A stretch of DNA of 52,442 bases, from positions 1 to 52,442 of IMG/VR virus record IMGVR_UViG_3300045911_000060. One strand, written 5' to 3'. The translations under genes and the position numbers were made by a program. This document shows positions 9,553 to 18,961 of the stretch, one piece after another (position 1 is the stretch's first letter; each line of letters starts with the position of its first letter). The stretch is from a virus. Taxonomy: Duplodnaviria > Caudoviricetes. The notes under the pieces are model-generated. The model saw nothing but the letters and a program-made list of their open reading frames with translations, made no database searches and had not been told where the DNA came from.

Positions 9553-10293
9553 ATGCTTCTTTCAAAGACATTCACGCAAACACCACCCGCTGTGTCGTTG
9601 CCCCGGCTAGGAAGGACCACGCTTCCTAACGGAAAACGAGCATATAAAGTCCCGTCCGGGGATTTCTACCCATCCGTCACAACCGTCGTCGGGATCGTCA
9701 AAGAAGACGCGATCAAAGAATGGCGTGCCCGTGTCGGTGAAGAAGAAGCCGCCCGTATTGCAAAAGCCGCCGCCGGACGCGGTACCGAATTGCACTACAT
9801 GGTCGAACGGTATCTTCTGAACGAAGTTCCCAAGTCCGAAAATCAGACCGCGAACATGTTGTTCAATCGCATCCGGCACATCTTGAACCGGATCGACAAT
9901 GTGCGCGCCCAAGAAATTGCTCTGTGGTCCGACGAACTTATGGTGGCCGGGACGTGCGATTGTGTGGCGGACTACAATGGTGTGCCGTCGATCATTGACT
10001 TCAAAAGCGCATTGCACACGAAGCAAGAGGATTGGATTCTCGACTACTTCATGCAAGCGACTGCCTACTCCTACATGTGGGAAGAGCGCACCGGCGAAGC
10101 CATCGATCAAATCGTCATCATCATTTCAAGTGAAGACGGAACGGCCAGCACGTTCGTGAAAGACCGGCGTGACTACCGCGCCATGCTTGAAGAGACAGTT
10201 GTTCGTTACTACACCGAACGCTTCAATACTGACTTCGGGTTTGATTTCGAAAACCTCAAGGTGGACAACAATGACGCCAACGCCGCTAACTGA
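9553..10293 (+). CDS. PD-(D/E)XK exonuclease (T4-like phage family)
   Basis: YPSVTTV, RGTELH, AGTCDCV, IIDFKS, YFMQATAY. Confidence 0.88.
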   Translation: MLLSKTFTQTPPAVSLPRLGRTTLPNGKRAYKVPSGDFYPSVTTVVGIVKEDAIKEWRARVGEEEAARIAKAAAGRGTELHYMVERYLLNEVPKSENQTANMLFNRIRHILNRIDNVRAQEIALWSDELMVAGTCDCVADYNGVPSIIDFKSALHTKQEDWILDYFMQATAYSYMWEERTGEAIDQIVIIISSEDGTASTFVKDRRDYRAMLEETVVRYYTERFNTDFGFDFENLKVDNNDANAAN

Positions 10294-10861
10294 AATCGCT
10301 TTCCGGTATCTTGACCATACCGCCCATCAGATCAAGAATCGTCATTTGCGTAACATCACCTATGGTGCCATCTGCGATCCGCGCTTTCAGGCGGGCGTAG
10401 GTTCCGCTGACAAGCACCATGCATTCGAAGGCGGTCTGATGGTCCATACCGCTGAAGTGACTGCCATCGCGCTGAACATGGCAACACAGTTCGAACAGGT
10501 GTCGTTTGATGTGCTGGCGACCGCCGCGATCTTGCACGACTTCATGAAGATCCACGACTATGAAATCTCCCCATTGGGGACGATCATCAAGACGGAGTAT
10601 CGCAAGTTGGTCCGGCACTTAGCCGGGAGTCATGCGATGTTCTATGCCAGCGTAGTCGGATTGAGTGAAGACGACGTGCCCGGTTCGATTCGCATGCGTA
10701 TCGAACACGCGATGCTTGCTCATCATGGCCGGTTGGAGTGGCAGACAGCGATTGAGCCGGTCACGCCGGAAGCGCACATCTTGCACTATTCCGACATGAT
10801 GTCATCCCGGTTCGGAGCATCACAACCCGATCAATCGTCAAGTATTATCCCGATCATGTGA
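10271..10861 (+). CDS. HD-domain hydrolase (YhaM-like, no OB fold)
   Basis: HHAFEGGLxxHT, LHDFMK, AHHGRLEW, TPEAxILHYSD. Confidence 0.85.
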   Translation: MTPTPLTEIAFRYLDHTAHQIKNRHLRNITYGAICDPRFQAGVGSADKHHAFEGGLMVHTAEVTAIALNMATQFEQVSFDVLATAAILHDFMKIHDYEISPLGTIIKTEYRKLVRHLAGSHAMFYASVVGLSEDDVPGSIRMRIEHAMLAHHGRLEWQTAIEPVTPEAHILHYSDMMSSRFGASQPDQSSSIIPIM

Positions 10862-10890
10862 ACGGTAAGTACGAACGTTGGGCAATATCA

Positions 10891-11334
10891 ATGTCAATCA
10901 ACACCGAAAAAATCAGGGAATTGAATCAGCAGTTGGATCACATCCGGCATCAGATTCAGGAAGCGGCGAAGGGTGTCTTTGCCGATTTGATCGCTGATCT
11001 GTTCAAAGAGAACGAAGACCTCGATTCCTTTGGATGGCGTCAGTGGACTCCGCATTGGAACGATGGTGCGCCGTGTGTCTTCGCGGCCAGCACCGATCCC
11101 GACACGATCTACATCAATGGCAGCAATGTCTACGATGACGACTTCGACATGATCGAAGTTGAAGAAATGAGCGATGATGAGAACCGCCGCGCCGCTGAAT
11201 TAGCAGACATGGTTAGCAAAATTCTCATCGCTGTCGGTGATAGTAACCTAGAGTTGATGTTTGGTGACCATGTGGAAATCGTGGTTCATCGGAACGGAGA
11301 TATCGAAGTCAAGAAGTATGAAGAACACGATTAA
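10891..11334 (+). CDS. conserved phage hypothetical protein
   Basis: WRQWTPHWNDGAPCVF motif. Confidence 0.7.
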   Translation: MSINTEKIRELNQQLDHIRHQIQEAAKGVFADLIADLFKENEDLDSFGWRQWTPHWNDGAPCVFAASTDPDTIYINGSNVYDDDFDMIEVEEMSDDENRRAAELADMVSKILIAVGDSNLELMFGDHVEIVVHRNGDIEVKKYEEHD

Positions 11335-11388
11335 CACGGTGGCGGAACGTCGCACTTCCGCCACTACATCACAGAGGCGACAGAAAGG

Positions 11389-12087
11389 ATGGCACAAGAA
11401 CTAGTAACCCGACTCATTCGACACTTAGGCCCGGCTCTTGCTCATGAAACATTGGGCAACGGCATCAGCCAAATCGTCAATCAACTCAATCTCGACAACG
11501 CGCCGCGCCTGATTGGTTTCTGTGGAGCGGCTGGTGCCGGGAAAGATACAGCAAGTTTTCTCTTGTCGTTTCTCGGTTATCAAAAATTGGCGTTTGCTGA
11601 CGCTTTGAAAATCGAAGCATACGACTCAATTACTAATCCCACCGAAGAATATCAGGTGCGCGTGCGGGAAGAATTGGGCATCAATTTGCCCTTTGCTTTG
11701 GATGTCGCGACCGCTGATTACGACAAAGTAGACATCATCAACCGCCGGAAGGTGGAATTGCGCCGGTTGCTGCAATGGCACGGCACTGAATACCGCCGGG
11801 CACAGGACAAGGACTATTGGATCAATCGGGTCCGGGAAAAGGTCAAGACCGGCAAATGGGTTGTCTCCGACGTTCGGTTCCAGAACGAAATCGCCATGAT
11901 CCGCGAAGAGGGCGGGCAAGTTTGGCTGGTCACCGGGCGCGATGACGGCTACACTCCGACTCACGCCAGCGAAACCGACTGGAAGGACACGACGTTCGAC
12001 GCGACGTTCGAGAATGGTGGCGACATCACCGTCCTTCAGAACGCCTTGTATCGGTGCATCTTTGACCGGAAGGTGATGGCGCAATGA
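11389..12087 (+). CDS. deoxynucleoside monophosphate kinase (gp1-like)
   Basis: GAAGAGKDT, AFADALK, RRLLQWHGTE, SDVRFQNE, HASE. Confidence 0.88.
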   Translation: MAQELVTRLIRHLGPALAHETLGNGISQIVNQLNLDNAPRLIGFCGAAGAGKDTASFLLSFLGYQKLAFADALKIEAYDSITNPTEEYQVRVREELGINLPFALDVATADYDKVDIINRRKVELRRLLQWHGTEYRRAQDKDYWINRVREKVKTGKWVVSDVRFQNEIAMIREEGGQVWLVTGRDDGYTPTHASETDWKDTTFDATFENGGDITVLQNALYRCIFDRKVMAQ

Positions 12088-12533
12088 GCAAACCCCGCGT
12101 CTATCTTGCCGGTCCTATCGCCGGGCAGAACTACTCCGAAGCGACGGAGTGGAGAAATCAGGCCAAGGTTTTCTTGGCCGATCATGGCATCGATGGTTTG
12201 TCCCCGATGCGCGCCAAGAGCTACCTGAATGACGGAAAGCTCTTGGCGGACGGGTATAAGGAATTCCCGTTGAGCACTGACGATGCAATCACCGCGCGCG
12301 ACCGCATGGATGTCATGCGGTCAGATGTGGTTCTTTTCAATTTTCCACCCGGCCTGTCCCGTGTCAGCATCGGAACGTGTATTGAATTCGGGTGGGCAGA
12401 CGCATTCCGTAAACCGTGTGTGGTGATCCTTGATGAATTGCACGATCACGCCATGATTCGGAACCTGATCGATTTCAGGGCCAACAACCTTGAGGATGCG
12501 TTGAACATGGTCGTTGCAATTCTGAAGCCTTGA
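12084..12533 (+). CDS. nucleoside 2-deoxyribosyltransferase / nucleotide N-glycosidase-like
   Basis: VYLAGPI, RDRMDVMRSD, SIGTCIEFGWA. Confidence 0.85.
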   Translation: MSKPRVYLAGPIAGQNYSEATEWRNQAKVFLADHGIDGLSPMRAKSYLNDGKLLADGYKEFPLSTDDAITARDRMDVMRSDVVLFNFPPGLSRVSIGTCIEFGWADAFRKPCVVILDELHDHAMIRNLIDFRANNLEDALNMVVAILKP

Positions 12534-12542
12534 GGAAAAACT

Positions 12543-13028
12543 ATGATGAGCAAAAGCAACAAGGCCATCCGTGTTGCGCGGAAGGCCGGTTATCGAGTCA
12601 ACCGCAACGGTGTCGTCGTTCGTGATGAAGACAAGACCCGGTTGAAGAGCTATTCCCACAATCGCCGGGAACCGAACCAGTACCGGAAGGTCTATGTGGA
12701 AGAGGCTGGTACGTGGATCTACGTTCACCGGCTGGCCGCGTATGAGAAGTTCGGCGCACAGGCTTTCAGCAAGAAGTACTACGTCGGGCACAAAAACAAC
12801 GACGGAACCGACAATCGTCCGTCCAACATCATCCTGACGCCGCGTGAAGGTCGGTCGTTCAAGAGTTCCACCCGCCGCCCGATCACGGACACGGATATCC
12901 AGATCGCGATGGAAATGCATCAGAACGGCTATACGTCGTGCGACATCGCCGCCCGGCTCATCCGTTCGCCCCGGACGTGCCGTGCGATTGTGGAGCGCCT
13001 GAAGGCCACGGAAGAGGCATCCGCGTGA
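12543..13028 (+). CDS. HNH endonuclease with C-terminal HTH-like segment
   Basis: YVHRLAA...VGHKNNDGTDNRPSNI. Confidence 0.8.
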   Translation: MMSKSNKAIRVARKAGYRVNRNGVVVRDEDKTRLKSYSHNRREPNQYRKVYVEEAGTWIYVHRLAAYEKFGAQAFSKKYYVGHKNNDGTDNRPSNIILTPREGRSFKSSTRRPITDTDIQIAMEMHQNGYTSCDIAARLIRSPRTCRAIVERLKATEEASA

Positions 13029-13369
13029 AAGTCCTTGTTGCCGGTAGTCGGGAAATTGCAGATCCGGCGATCATCGAACGCGCCATCCGTGAATCCGGGT
13101 ATGAAATCACGACCCTGATTTGCGGCATGGCGCGGGGTGTGGACATGTTGGCCTACCATTGGGCGAAGGCCAACAATGTCCCCGTCGAAGAGTACCCGGC
13201 CAATTGGGATAAATATGGCAAGAGTGCGGGCATGCGCCGCAATCGGGAAATGGTCGCGGTGGCAGATGCCGCCGTGATTGTATGGGATGGAAATAGCCCC
13301 GGAACGGAGAACACCATCAGCTTGCTGAAGGCGAAGGGGATTCCCTACTATCTTGTCGAAGCCTTCTGA
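13025..13369 (+). CDS. SLOG-family (DUF2493/YspA-like) protein
   Basis: VLVAGSR, GMARGVD, PANWDKYGKSAGMRRN, WDGNSPGT. Confidence 0.88.
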   Translation: MKVLVAGSREIADPAIIERAIRESGYEITTLICGMARGVDMLAYHWAKANNVPVEEYPANWDKYGKSAGMRRNREMVAVADAAVIVWDGNSPGTENTISLLKAKGIPYYLVEAF

Positions 13370-13434
13370 CCAAAATTCATAAATACCTGTCATGCCAGCG
13401 GATAGTTGGCGATTTTAGAACAGGACTCAACATC

Positions 13435-13839
13435 GTGAATCTTGGAATCTCCGAAGCTACCGTGGCTATCGTATTTGGCATCATTGGCATCCTGACCAGC
13501 TCTTTGTCGTGGGCCGTGCATATGAAGGTGCGGAACGACATTCTGGAAAACAACGTTCAATCTCTCAAAGAGATCGAAGCGTTGAAAGAAAAGGTCATCC
13601 ATGACCTTAACGCTGTCAACATTGGTTTGGTCAGCCTCAAAACGACCGTTGCTGACACCCTCATGGCGATGGTTGAAACGAAGTTCGTTCGGGAAGACAC
13701 CTTCCGCACCCGGCTGGAACAGATCGAAGACAAGATCGAAAACGTCAAAACTGTCGTTGAAGTTCAGATGAAGAGCATGCACGAAACCTTCGATTCCCGG
13801 TTGGAAGACATTCGTCGGCATCTGATTGAATGCACCTAG
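13435..13839 (+). CDS. membrane-anchored coiled-coil protein (possible holin/lysis accessory)
   Basis: N-terminal TM then heptads; TAAATA at 13380. Confidence 0.55.
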   Translation: MNLGISEATVAIVFGIIGILTSSLSWAVHMKVRNDILENNVQSLKEIEALKEKVIHDLNAVNIGLVSLKTTVADTLMAMVETKFVREDTFRTRLEQIEDKIENVKTVVEVQMKSMHETFDSRLEDIRRHLIECT

Positions 13840-13929
13840 AAAAAAATTTCTCCCTGTCTAACTTGTTGAAAAGTCAGCGACCTTGGGTTAAACGAGACTC
13901 CAAACTCGGTAACCCAAGGTTTTTTTGTC

Positions 13930-13958
13930 TTGACGAAACGAACGAAAACCGCGATACT
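13930..13958 (+). promoter_or_regulatory. sigma70-type promoter TTGACG-17-GATACT
   Basis: Consensus spacing upstream of the ParB-like gene. Confidence 0.7.
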
Positions 13959-14044
13959 GACAATGTGAGCCGCAAGCGAAAGAGCACCGGCTTAACCAGA
14001 GTGGCAACAATGCCATCTGATCCAAAAGGAGCTAACCTACTCAT

Positions 14045-15058
14045 ATGTCAGTGTTCTCAGTTGAATTCGGAAAGCGCACGGGCTACGCACTGAACCCGTC
14101 GCTCATCAAGTTGCCGGATCATTCCTTGCAGGGCCGATTCGGAATCAAGCCGAAGGCGGTGGAAGAGATGGCCGAAAGCCTCTTGACCGAAGGCCAGAAG
14201 CAGAACGTCATCGTCCGCAAGGACAACGAAAACGCCCCGGTTCTGGTCGCGGGCTTCCGCCGCCGCGCCGCCGCGTTGCTCATCAACGAAAAGCGTCACG
14301 ACAAGACCTTCCGCTCGAAGCTGTCGGAAGCGGCCATCGCCAAGCTCGACGCGATGGGCGACGAACCGTTCCTTCTCGAAGCGAAGCTGGAGTCGATCAA
14401 CGAAAAGGCCGCGTTCCTGTCGAACGTCACGGAAAACGTGGGCCGCATCGAACTGTCGCCGATGGATCGCCTGAAGATCATCATGGTGCTCCGCGACACC
14501 TTCAAGATGAAGGACGCCGAAATCGCGGCGGTCTTCGGCAAGAAGCCGTGGTACGTCTACCACCACCTGAAGCTCTCCGAACTCTCCACCCGCATTCAGG
14601 AGTTGGTGGACGCGGGCGTCATCAGCCTCGAAGTCGCCGCCAAGACGCTGGTCAAGGTGCCGGAATCCGAACGCGAAACGATGGTGGACGCCATCGTCGC
14701 CGAACACGCTCAGAATCAGGCCGAAAACGAAGCGATGGCCGAAGAGGGCACGATTGACCCGGCGACGCTCAAGCGCATCACCGGCGCGGTGCTGGCGAAG
14801 CACGAACGCGAACGCCGGTCCAAGACGGGCGAAGATGGCTCGAAGATCAAGCGCACGCTGGCCGATCTGAAGAAGTTCTCCCGCAACTACGTCGAAAGCC
14901 ACCCGTCCGACGAAGACCCGACCTCCGCTCTTCTGGTCGATTTCATGGCCTTCCTCGAAGGCGGGATCAGCGAAGCCACGCTGGTGCGTCGCATCAAGAA
15001 GCACCTTGGCATCGAATCCGCCACCAAGAAGGCGGGCGCGGTCGCCGCTACCAAGTAG
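14045..15058 (+). CDS. ParB/RepB/Spo0J-family protein
   Basis: GQKQNVIV, LVAGFRR, ENVGRIELSPMD, HTH; AAAGGAG RBS; strong codon bias. Confidence 0.85.
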   Translation: MSVFSVEFGKRTGYALNPSLIKLPDHSLQGRFGIKPKAVEEMAESLLTEGQKQNVIVRKDNENAPVLVAGFRRRAAALLINEKRHDKTFRSKLSEAAIAKLDAMGDEPFLLEAKLESINEKAAFLSNVTENVGRIELSPMDRLKIIMVLRDTFKMKDAEIAAVFGKKPWYVYHHLKLSELSTRIQELVDAGVISLEVAAKTLVKVPESERETMVDAIVAEHAQNQAENEAMAEEGTIDPATLKRITGAVLAKHERERRSKTGEDGSKIKRTLADLKKFSRNYVESHPSDEDPTSALLVDFMAFLEGGISEATLVRRIKKHLGIESATKKAGAVAATK

Positions 15059-15079
15059 TCCTGTTCACCCTCAAAAAAG

Positions 15080-15112
15080 AACGCCGGGCCTTCGGGTCCG
15101 GCGTTTTTCTTT
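15080..15112 (+). terminator. intrinsic terminator
   Basis: AACGCCGGGC-CTTCGG-GTCCGGCGTT plus T-run. Confidence 0.85.
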
Positions 15113-15129
15113 TGCTAGATACCTAATGC

Positions 15130-16239
15130 ATGCGTAACACCATTTTGACTCTCTATTCGCTTTTTGCTTCTGTTTGTGTTTTTGGTCAGACCCCGCCTCC
15201 TGTCACGATCAGTCCACAGGAAATCAATGCCGTAGCCGATAAAGCCAGCGCCACCAAATTGACGTGGCCGATCACGGTGGCATTGCCGCCCGGCACGAAC
15301 AATCAATCTGTTTTTGTTCAGGTCAACTCTTTTGCAAACCTTCTTCCGCCCGGCGTCACTGTCACCCCGTCCGCCGCATTGATCTATCCGAACTACCCGG
15401 CAAACATTGAACTAGCGATCAATCCCGCCGCGCTCACATTGGACGTGGGCAAGTATCCTTTCCTTCCGATCACCTTCACCTATACCGGCAATGGCGTCCA
15501 GAACTGGTCGCAAACGATCACGCTGAATTTGGAAGTCACTGACTCCCGGCTGTCTCAACTCCCACCAGCGATCCAGCGGCAAGTCCCGCACATCGCCGCC
15601 GGTGGCGGATGGAAGACCACTTTGCGATTTGTGAACCCCGGTATTGACACAGCGGTCATGCGGGTCCAGTTTGTTCGCCCGACCGGGACTCCCTTGTCGC
15701 TGGTCGCCAATAGCATCTATGGCAGCGATGCCATCGTCACCATTCCGCCGAAGGGTGTAAGCCTGTTGGTCCTCACTGATCCTTACGTGCCGCATCCGAA
15801 CGTCACTACGGGGCACGCTGAAGTTCTCCCGCAAGTCAATGGGACTGGTGTAGGCTTCAGCATCGCCTATGAGTTCCCGAACAGCCGGGGAGAAGCTATG
15901 GAAGCTGCTACGCCGGGCGTCGCGCCAGACAAGGATACTCTGAACTTGGTCTATGACCTTCGGAACAACAACGCCACCGGTGTCGCACTGTCGAACGCAA
16001 TGGGATTCCCGCAAGTGGTGACCTTGACGTTCTTCAATGACGCGGGCGTGCAACTGTACCAGACAACTGCCACACTTGTGGCGAAGGGTCAGGTGTCGTT
16101 TACCGTTGATAAGACGGCATTTCCGTCACTGGAAGGCAAGCATGGAATCATGGTCGTGAAGGGTCCGTTCAAGGCTTTGTCCGGCCTGTCCCTGAAGTTT
16201 TCCCCGTCTGGCGGGTTTGTGCCCTTGACCTCATTCTAA
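15130..16239 (+). CDS. secreted beta-rich protein resembling acidobacterial surface-protein domains
   Basis: Signal peptide; PHIAAGGGWKTTLRFVN; TGVALSN. Confidence 0.65.
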   Translation: MRNTILTLYSLFASVCVFGQTPPPVTISPQEINAVADKASATKLTWPITVALPPGTNNQSVFVQVNSFANLLPPGVTVTPSAALIYPNYPANIELAINPAALTLDVGKYPFLPITFTYTGNGVQNWSQTITLNLEVTDSRLSQLPPAIQRQVPHIAAGGGWKTTLRFVNPGIDTAVMRVQFVRPTGTPLSLVANSIYGSDAIVTIPPKGVSLLVLTDPYVPHPNVTTGHAEVLPQVNGTGVGFSIAYEFPNSRGEAMEAATPGVAPDKDTLNLVYDLRNNNATGVALSNAMGFPQVVTLTFFNDAGVQLYQTTATLVAKGQVSFTVDKTAFPSLEGKHGIMVVKGPFKALSGLSLKFSPSGGFVPLTSF

Positions 16240-16248
16240 AATGGGGGC

Positions 16249-16278
16249 TTGACATATCAGCCAGAGTGTGCTTAACAT
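16249..16278 (+). promoter_or_regulatory. early promoter (TTGACATATCAGCC...TAACAT)
   Basis: Copy of the repeated motif; same AAAATGGGGG upstream as the promoter at 14. Confidence 0.7.
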
Positions 16279-16283
16279 ATAAG

Positions 16284-16372
16284 TGGCGTCGTAGGACGCC
16301 GTTTCGGACCACAACCTTGGCTGTGGCCGGACGCGGGCGCGGTGTATTTGGCTACACCGCGCCCGTTATTTT
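16284..16372 (+). ncRNA. candidate small RNA (three hairpins, the last a terminator)
   Basis: Promoter with no ORF; stems 16285-16300, 16305-16329 and 13-bp 16334-16365 plus T-rich tail. Confidence 0.5.
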
Positions 16373-16658
16373 ATTGCACGGTTGTTCTCTCGAACCCGAC
16401 CAAAACGTCGCGGGGAGTGACGGTATGGGGACCGTCCTTGGTTTCCACGATCATCGGGATGTCATTCAGATTCGTCACCCACGGTTGATCGAAAAGTTTG
16501 AAGCGCAACTCTACAAACCCGGCCTTCATTGCGATGGTCAGATGTTGAAGAGACTGTTCACCGGTCAACTCGAACTCTTTGATGAGATCGGATGGCATGA
16601 TAATGAAGCCAGCTTCTTTGGCGGCGATGTGTTCGATGACCTTAGAGTCTAGGTTCAT
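16371..16658 (-). CDS. hypothetical protein
   Basis: ORF from MNLDSK. Confidence 0.55.
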   Translation of the reverse strand: MNLDSKVIEHIAAKEAGFIIMPSDLIKEFELTGEQSLQHLTIAMKAGFVELRFKLFDQPWVTNLNDIPMIVETKDGPHTVTPRDVLVGFERTTVQ

Positions 16659-17289
16659 TTCGTGTCTCCAGATAGTCCTTGATGTGATCGACAATTTCCC
16701 CGGCGCGGAGCATATCCCGAACCGCTGACAAACCGGGTGCTGTGTTGAGATCCACAGCGTATCCATCTTCCATACTACCAATCAGGTCTACAGCGACAAG
16801 CGGGAAATCCAGAAACGCATCCGGTCGCGGAATGCCTTCACTCATGCCGGTCGTGACGATTTCTACATCACCGACATTCGACCGCCAGTCGTCGTTGGAA
16901 CGATAGCACATCCCTACCCACAGCCGCCCGATCCAGACTTCCCGGTATGAGACAGTCGTGGTGTCGATGCCAGACAGGGTGCCAAGGTAGACGGAGCAAT
17001 ATGTCTCCGGGTCCAAGGTGTTCACACCGACTTTGCGTTTGCCTTCGCCGCGATGCGCGAAAGGGTCGTCGTAAGCAACGACGGTCCATCCTTCGCCGGG
17101 CGCGTGAAAATGAGTTTTGATCTTGGCGGCGGTGCCGTGGGGCGGCACCTTGTATCCGGCGCGGCTCAGCAGTTCGAAAACGTCGCGCCGGTGCATGTCC
17201 GTTCGGGTGAATCGCTCGAACACGTCACCCGACCGGTCAAACATGTGGTCATAGAAATCGCGGAAGTCTGACCGCAACTGTAGCTTCAC
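16642..17289 (-). CDS. hypothetical protein (possibly ATP-grasp-like C-terminus)
   Basis: AVDL...AVDLNTAPGL. Confidence 0.6.
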   Translation of the reverse strand: MKLQLRSDFRDFYDHMFDRSGDVFERFTRTDMHRRDVFELLSRAGYKVPPHGTAAKIKTHFHAPGEGWTVVAYDDPFAHRGEGKRKVGVNTLDPETYCSVYLGTLSGIDTTTVSYREVWIGRLWVGMCYRSNDDWRSNVGDVEIVTTGMSEGIPRPDAFLDFPLVAVDLIGSMEDGYAVDLNTAPGLSAVRDMLRAGEIVDHIKDYLETRNEPRL

Positions 17290-17837
17290 GCCACTAGTTT
17301 AGCTTCGCGCTCTTTCAGTTCGTCGTCCAGAAACCAATGCTTGTTTTCTGCGATGTTGTAAGGCTGGTCGTCCTTGTGCCATTGCGCGGGACCGACAGTG
17401 GTCTGTTGCCAGCACACAGCTTGCCATCCGTATTCGCTATTGCTGACATTCAGGAGTGCCCGCGCTTGGTCATTGATGGTGTTCACGCGCTTGGGCCATT
17501 TCTCACGGGCAAGCGTGTCGAATTCCATCAGTAGAGTCGCCAGCCGGGGCAGATATTCCCGGCGACACATCGCGCCGTCAAAAGTGGTCAGGAGTGCCGC
17601 ATATTCACATAGCGGCAAGTCTTCCTTGTTTTGAAGGTCCCACACCTTCTTCAAAAACGTCGGGTTGATTGTGCAGTATGTCCATGTGTCAGTGGGATCG
17701 TGGTCTTCGGGGACGGGGAAGTACTTTTGTGCCAGATAGTCCCACACCAGCATGGCACTTCCCCATGAGTTCTTGAATTCACTGTGCTCTTGGACATCAC
17801 CGTCTTCATTGACGGCATAGAGGATGGTTGCGCTCAT
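17286..17837 (-). CDS. hypothetical protein
   Basis: ORF in coupled operon. Confidence 0.65.
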   Translation of the reverse strand: MSATILYAVNEDGDVQEHSEFKNSWGSAMLVWDYLAQKYFPVPEDHDPTDTWTYCTINPTFLKKVWDLQNKEDLPLCEYAALLTTFDGAMCRREYLPRLATLLMEFDTLAREKWPKRVNTINDQARALLNVSNSEYGWQAVCWQQTTVGPAQWHKDDQPYNIAENKHWFLDDELKEREAKLVA

Positions 17838-17840
17838 TGG

Positions 17841-18017
17841 TTAGTATCCGATAGGGTCGCCGGGGATCAGAAGGAACAGCCACAGAACGAACCATCCGGC
17901 GATGCCCATCCCGGTGGACTTGAGGTATTCGCGCATGGGGTGGTTCCAGTAGCGGATCATGTTGAACACCGCGATCAGAACGAATCCGGTGACGGGGAAG
18001 AAGAAAACATCGTTCAT
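17841..18017 (-). CDS. small membrane protein, 58 aa (MNDVFFFPVTGFVLIAVF...)
   Basis: Not in the ORF track; ATGA overlap; two TM segments. Confidence 0.6.
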   Translation of the reverse strand: MNDVFFFPVTGFVLIAVFNMIRYWNHPMREYLKSTGMGIAGWFVLWLFLLIPGDPIGY

Positions 18018-18343
18018 TGGTTTGCCGCCTTTGACATTTCGATCACATTGGCTTTGACACCGATCTTGTTGATGAGGATCTGGACAGACGGGGCGAAGCC
18101 GTCTTTATACGACCGTCCTGTTTCTGTGTGAAGGTACGCTTTGTACACCATGCGACCTTTCGGGGTGATAGTGAAGGATTCGTGCCGGTCGTTGTAGTCT
18201 ATCAGACCGTTGCGAATCAGGCTCCCAAAGGTTCGCTGGTCGATCAGTAGGCATTCGTCTATGTGGACGTGCCGCCGATTCACAGCGAAATCGTGGAGCA
18301 GACTTATTTGTCGGCTTGACAGTCTGAAGGTTTCCGGCTTCAT
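18014..18343 (-). CDS. hypothetical protein (winged-helix-like)
   Basis: SLIRNGLI...ITPKG pattern. Confidence 0.55.
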   Translation of the reverse strand: MKPETFRLSSRQISLLHDFAVNRRHVHIDECLLIDQRTFGSLIRNGLIDYNDRHESFTITPKGRMVYKAYLHTETGRSYKDGFAPSVQILINKIGVKANVIEMSKAANQ

Positions 18344-18352
18344 AGAAATTGA

Positions 18353-18381
18353 ATCGTATCACCACCCGACGTGTATGTCAA
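18353..18381 (-). promoter_or_regulatory. early promoter (TTGACATACACGTC...TACGAT)
   Basis: Copy of the repeated motif, 17-nt spacer. Confidence 0.7.
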
Positions 18382-18401
18382 GGGTGCGATAGAATTGTTC
18401 C

Positions 18402-18866
18402 ATGACCGATACCGAACTCTTGGACAAGCTGCAACACATGGTTGACCATTCCTATGGGTTGTCAAAACTCGTTTCGCTGGACGGACACCGTTTCACGTCT
18501 GTTCGGGAATGCATCGAAGCGGTCAACCAAGAAACAGATGGATACAACAATCCACCCGCCCGCTTAATTCGCATGACCTTCGATGAAACAAGCGGCCTTG
18601 ATGCGGCGGTCAACTACCCCGGAGTCATACACATGGCGGCTGAAGTCGCTCAGATGTTCCGCGATGGTGGCGCGGTGAACGTGTTCGAATTTCAAGTGAA
18701 CCCACCTGACATGGCGGGTATCGTTGTTCGCTTCCAACGGAACGGCGGCAAGACAGATATGCAGCTACGGTCGGAAGCACTCCGGGACCTTGCTGACGCG
18801 CTTCGGCAATTGGACGAAGAACGGGCCAAGAATGCGGAATTGGAATCCCGGCTGAGAGAACTATAA
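18402..18866 (+). CDS. hypothetical protein
   Basis: ATG 6 nt after TAGAAT. Confidence 0.65.
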   Translation: MTDTELLDKLQHMVDHSYGLSKLVSLDGHRFTSVRECIEAVNQETDGYNNPPARLIRMTFDETSGLDAAVNYPGVIHMAAEVAQMFRDGGAVNVFEFQVNPPDMAGIVVRFQRNGGKTDMQLRSEALRDLADALRQLDEERAKNAELESRLREL

Positions 18867-18961
18867 GAGATTTTTACCACCTGACCGTAGTGCTATTGTT
18901 AGTCTATGGGGACTGGTACTGGACATGCCACCGGTAACCGGCCCAAAAGGGAGAACAACAC

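Noticed and set aside
13392-13418. 8-codon uORF MPADSWRF after TAAATA
   Set aside because: Too short to support; may be chance, although its spacing matches the leaderless pattern
14057-15004. Long antisense ORFs (also 4382..5269, 30222..31148, 32986..33978, 39585..40382)
   Set aside because: Shadows of strongly codon-biased real genes; no motifs or RBS
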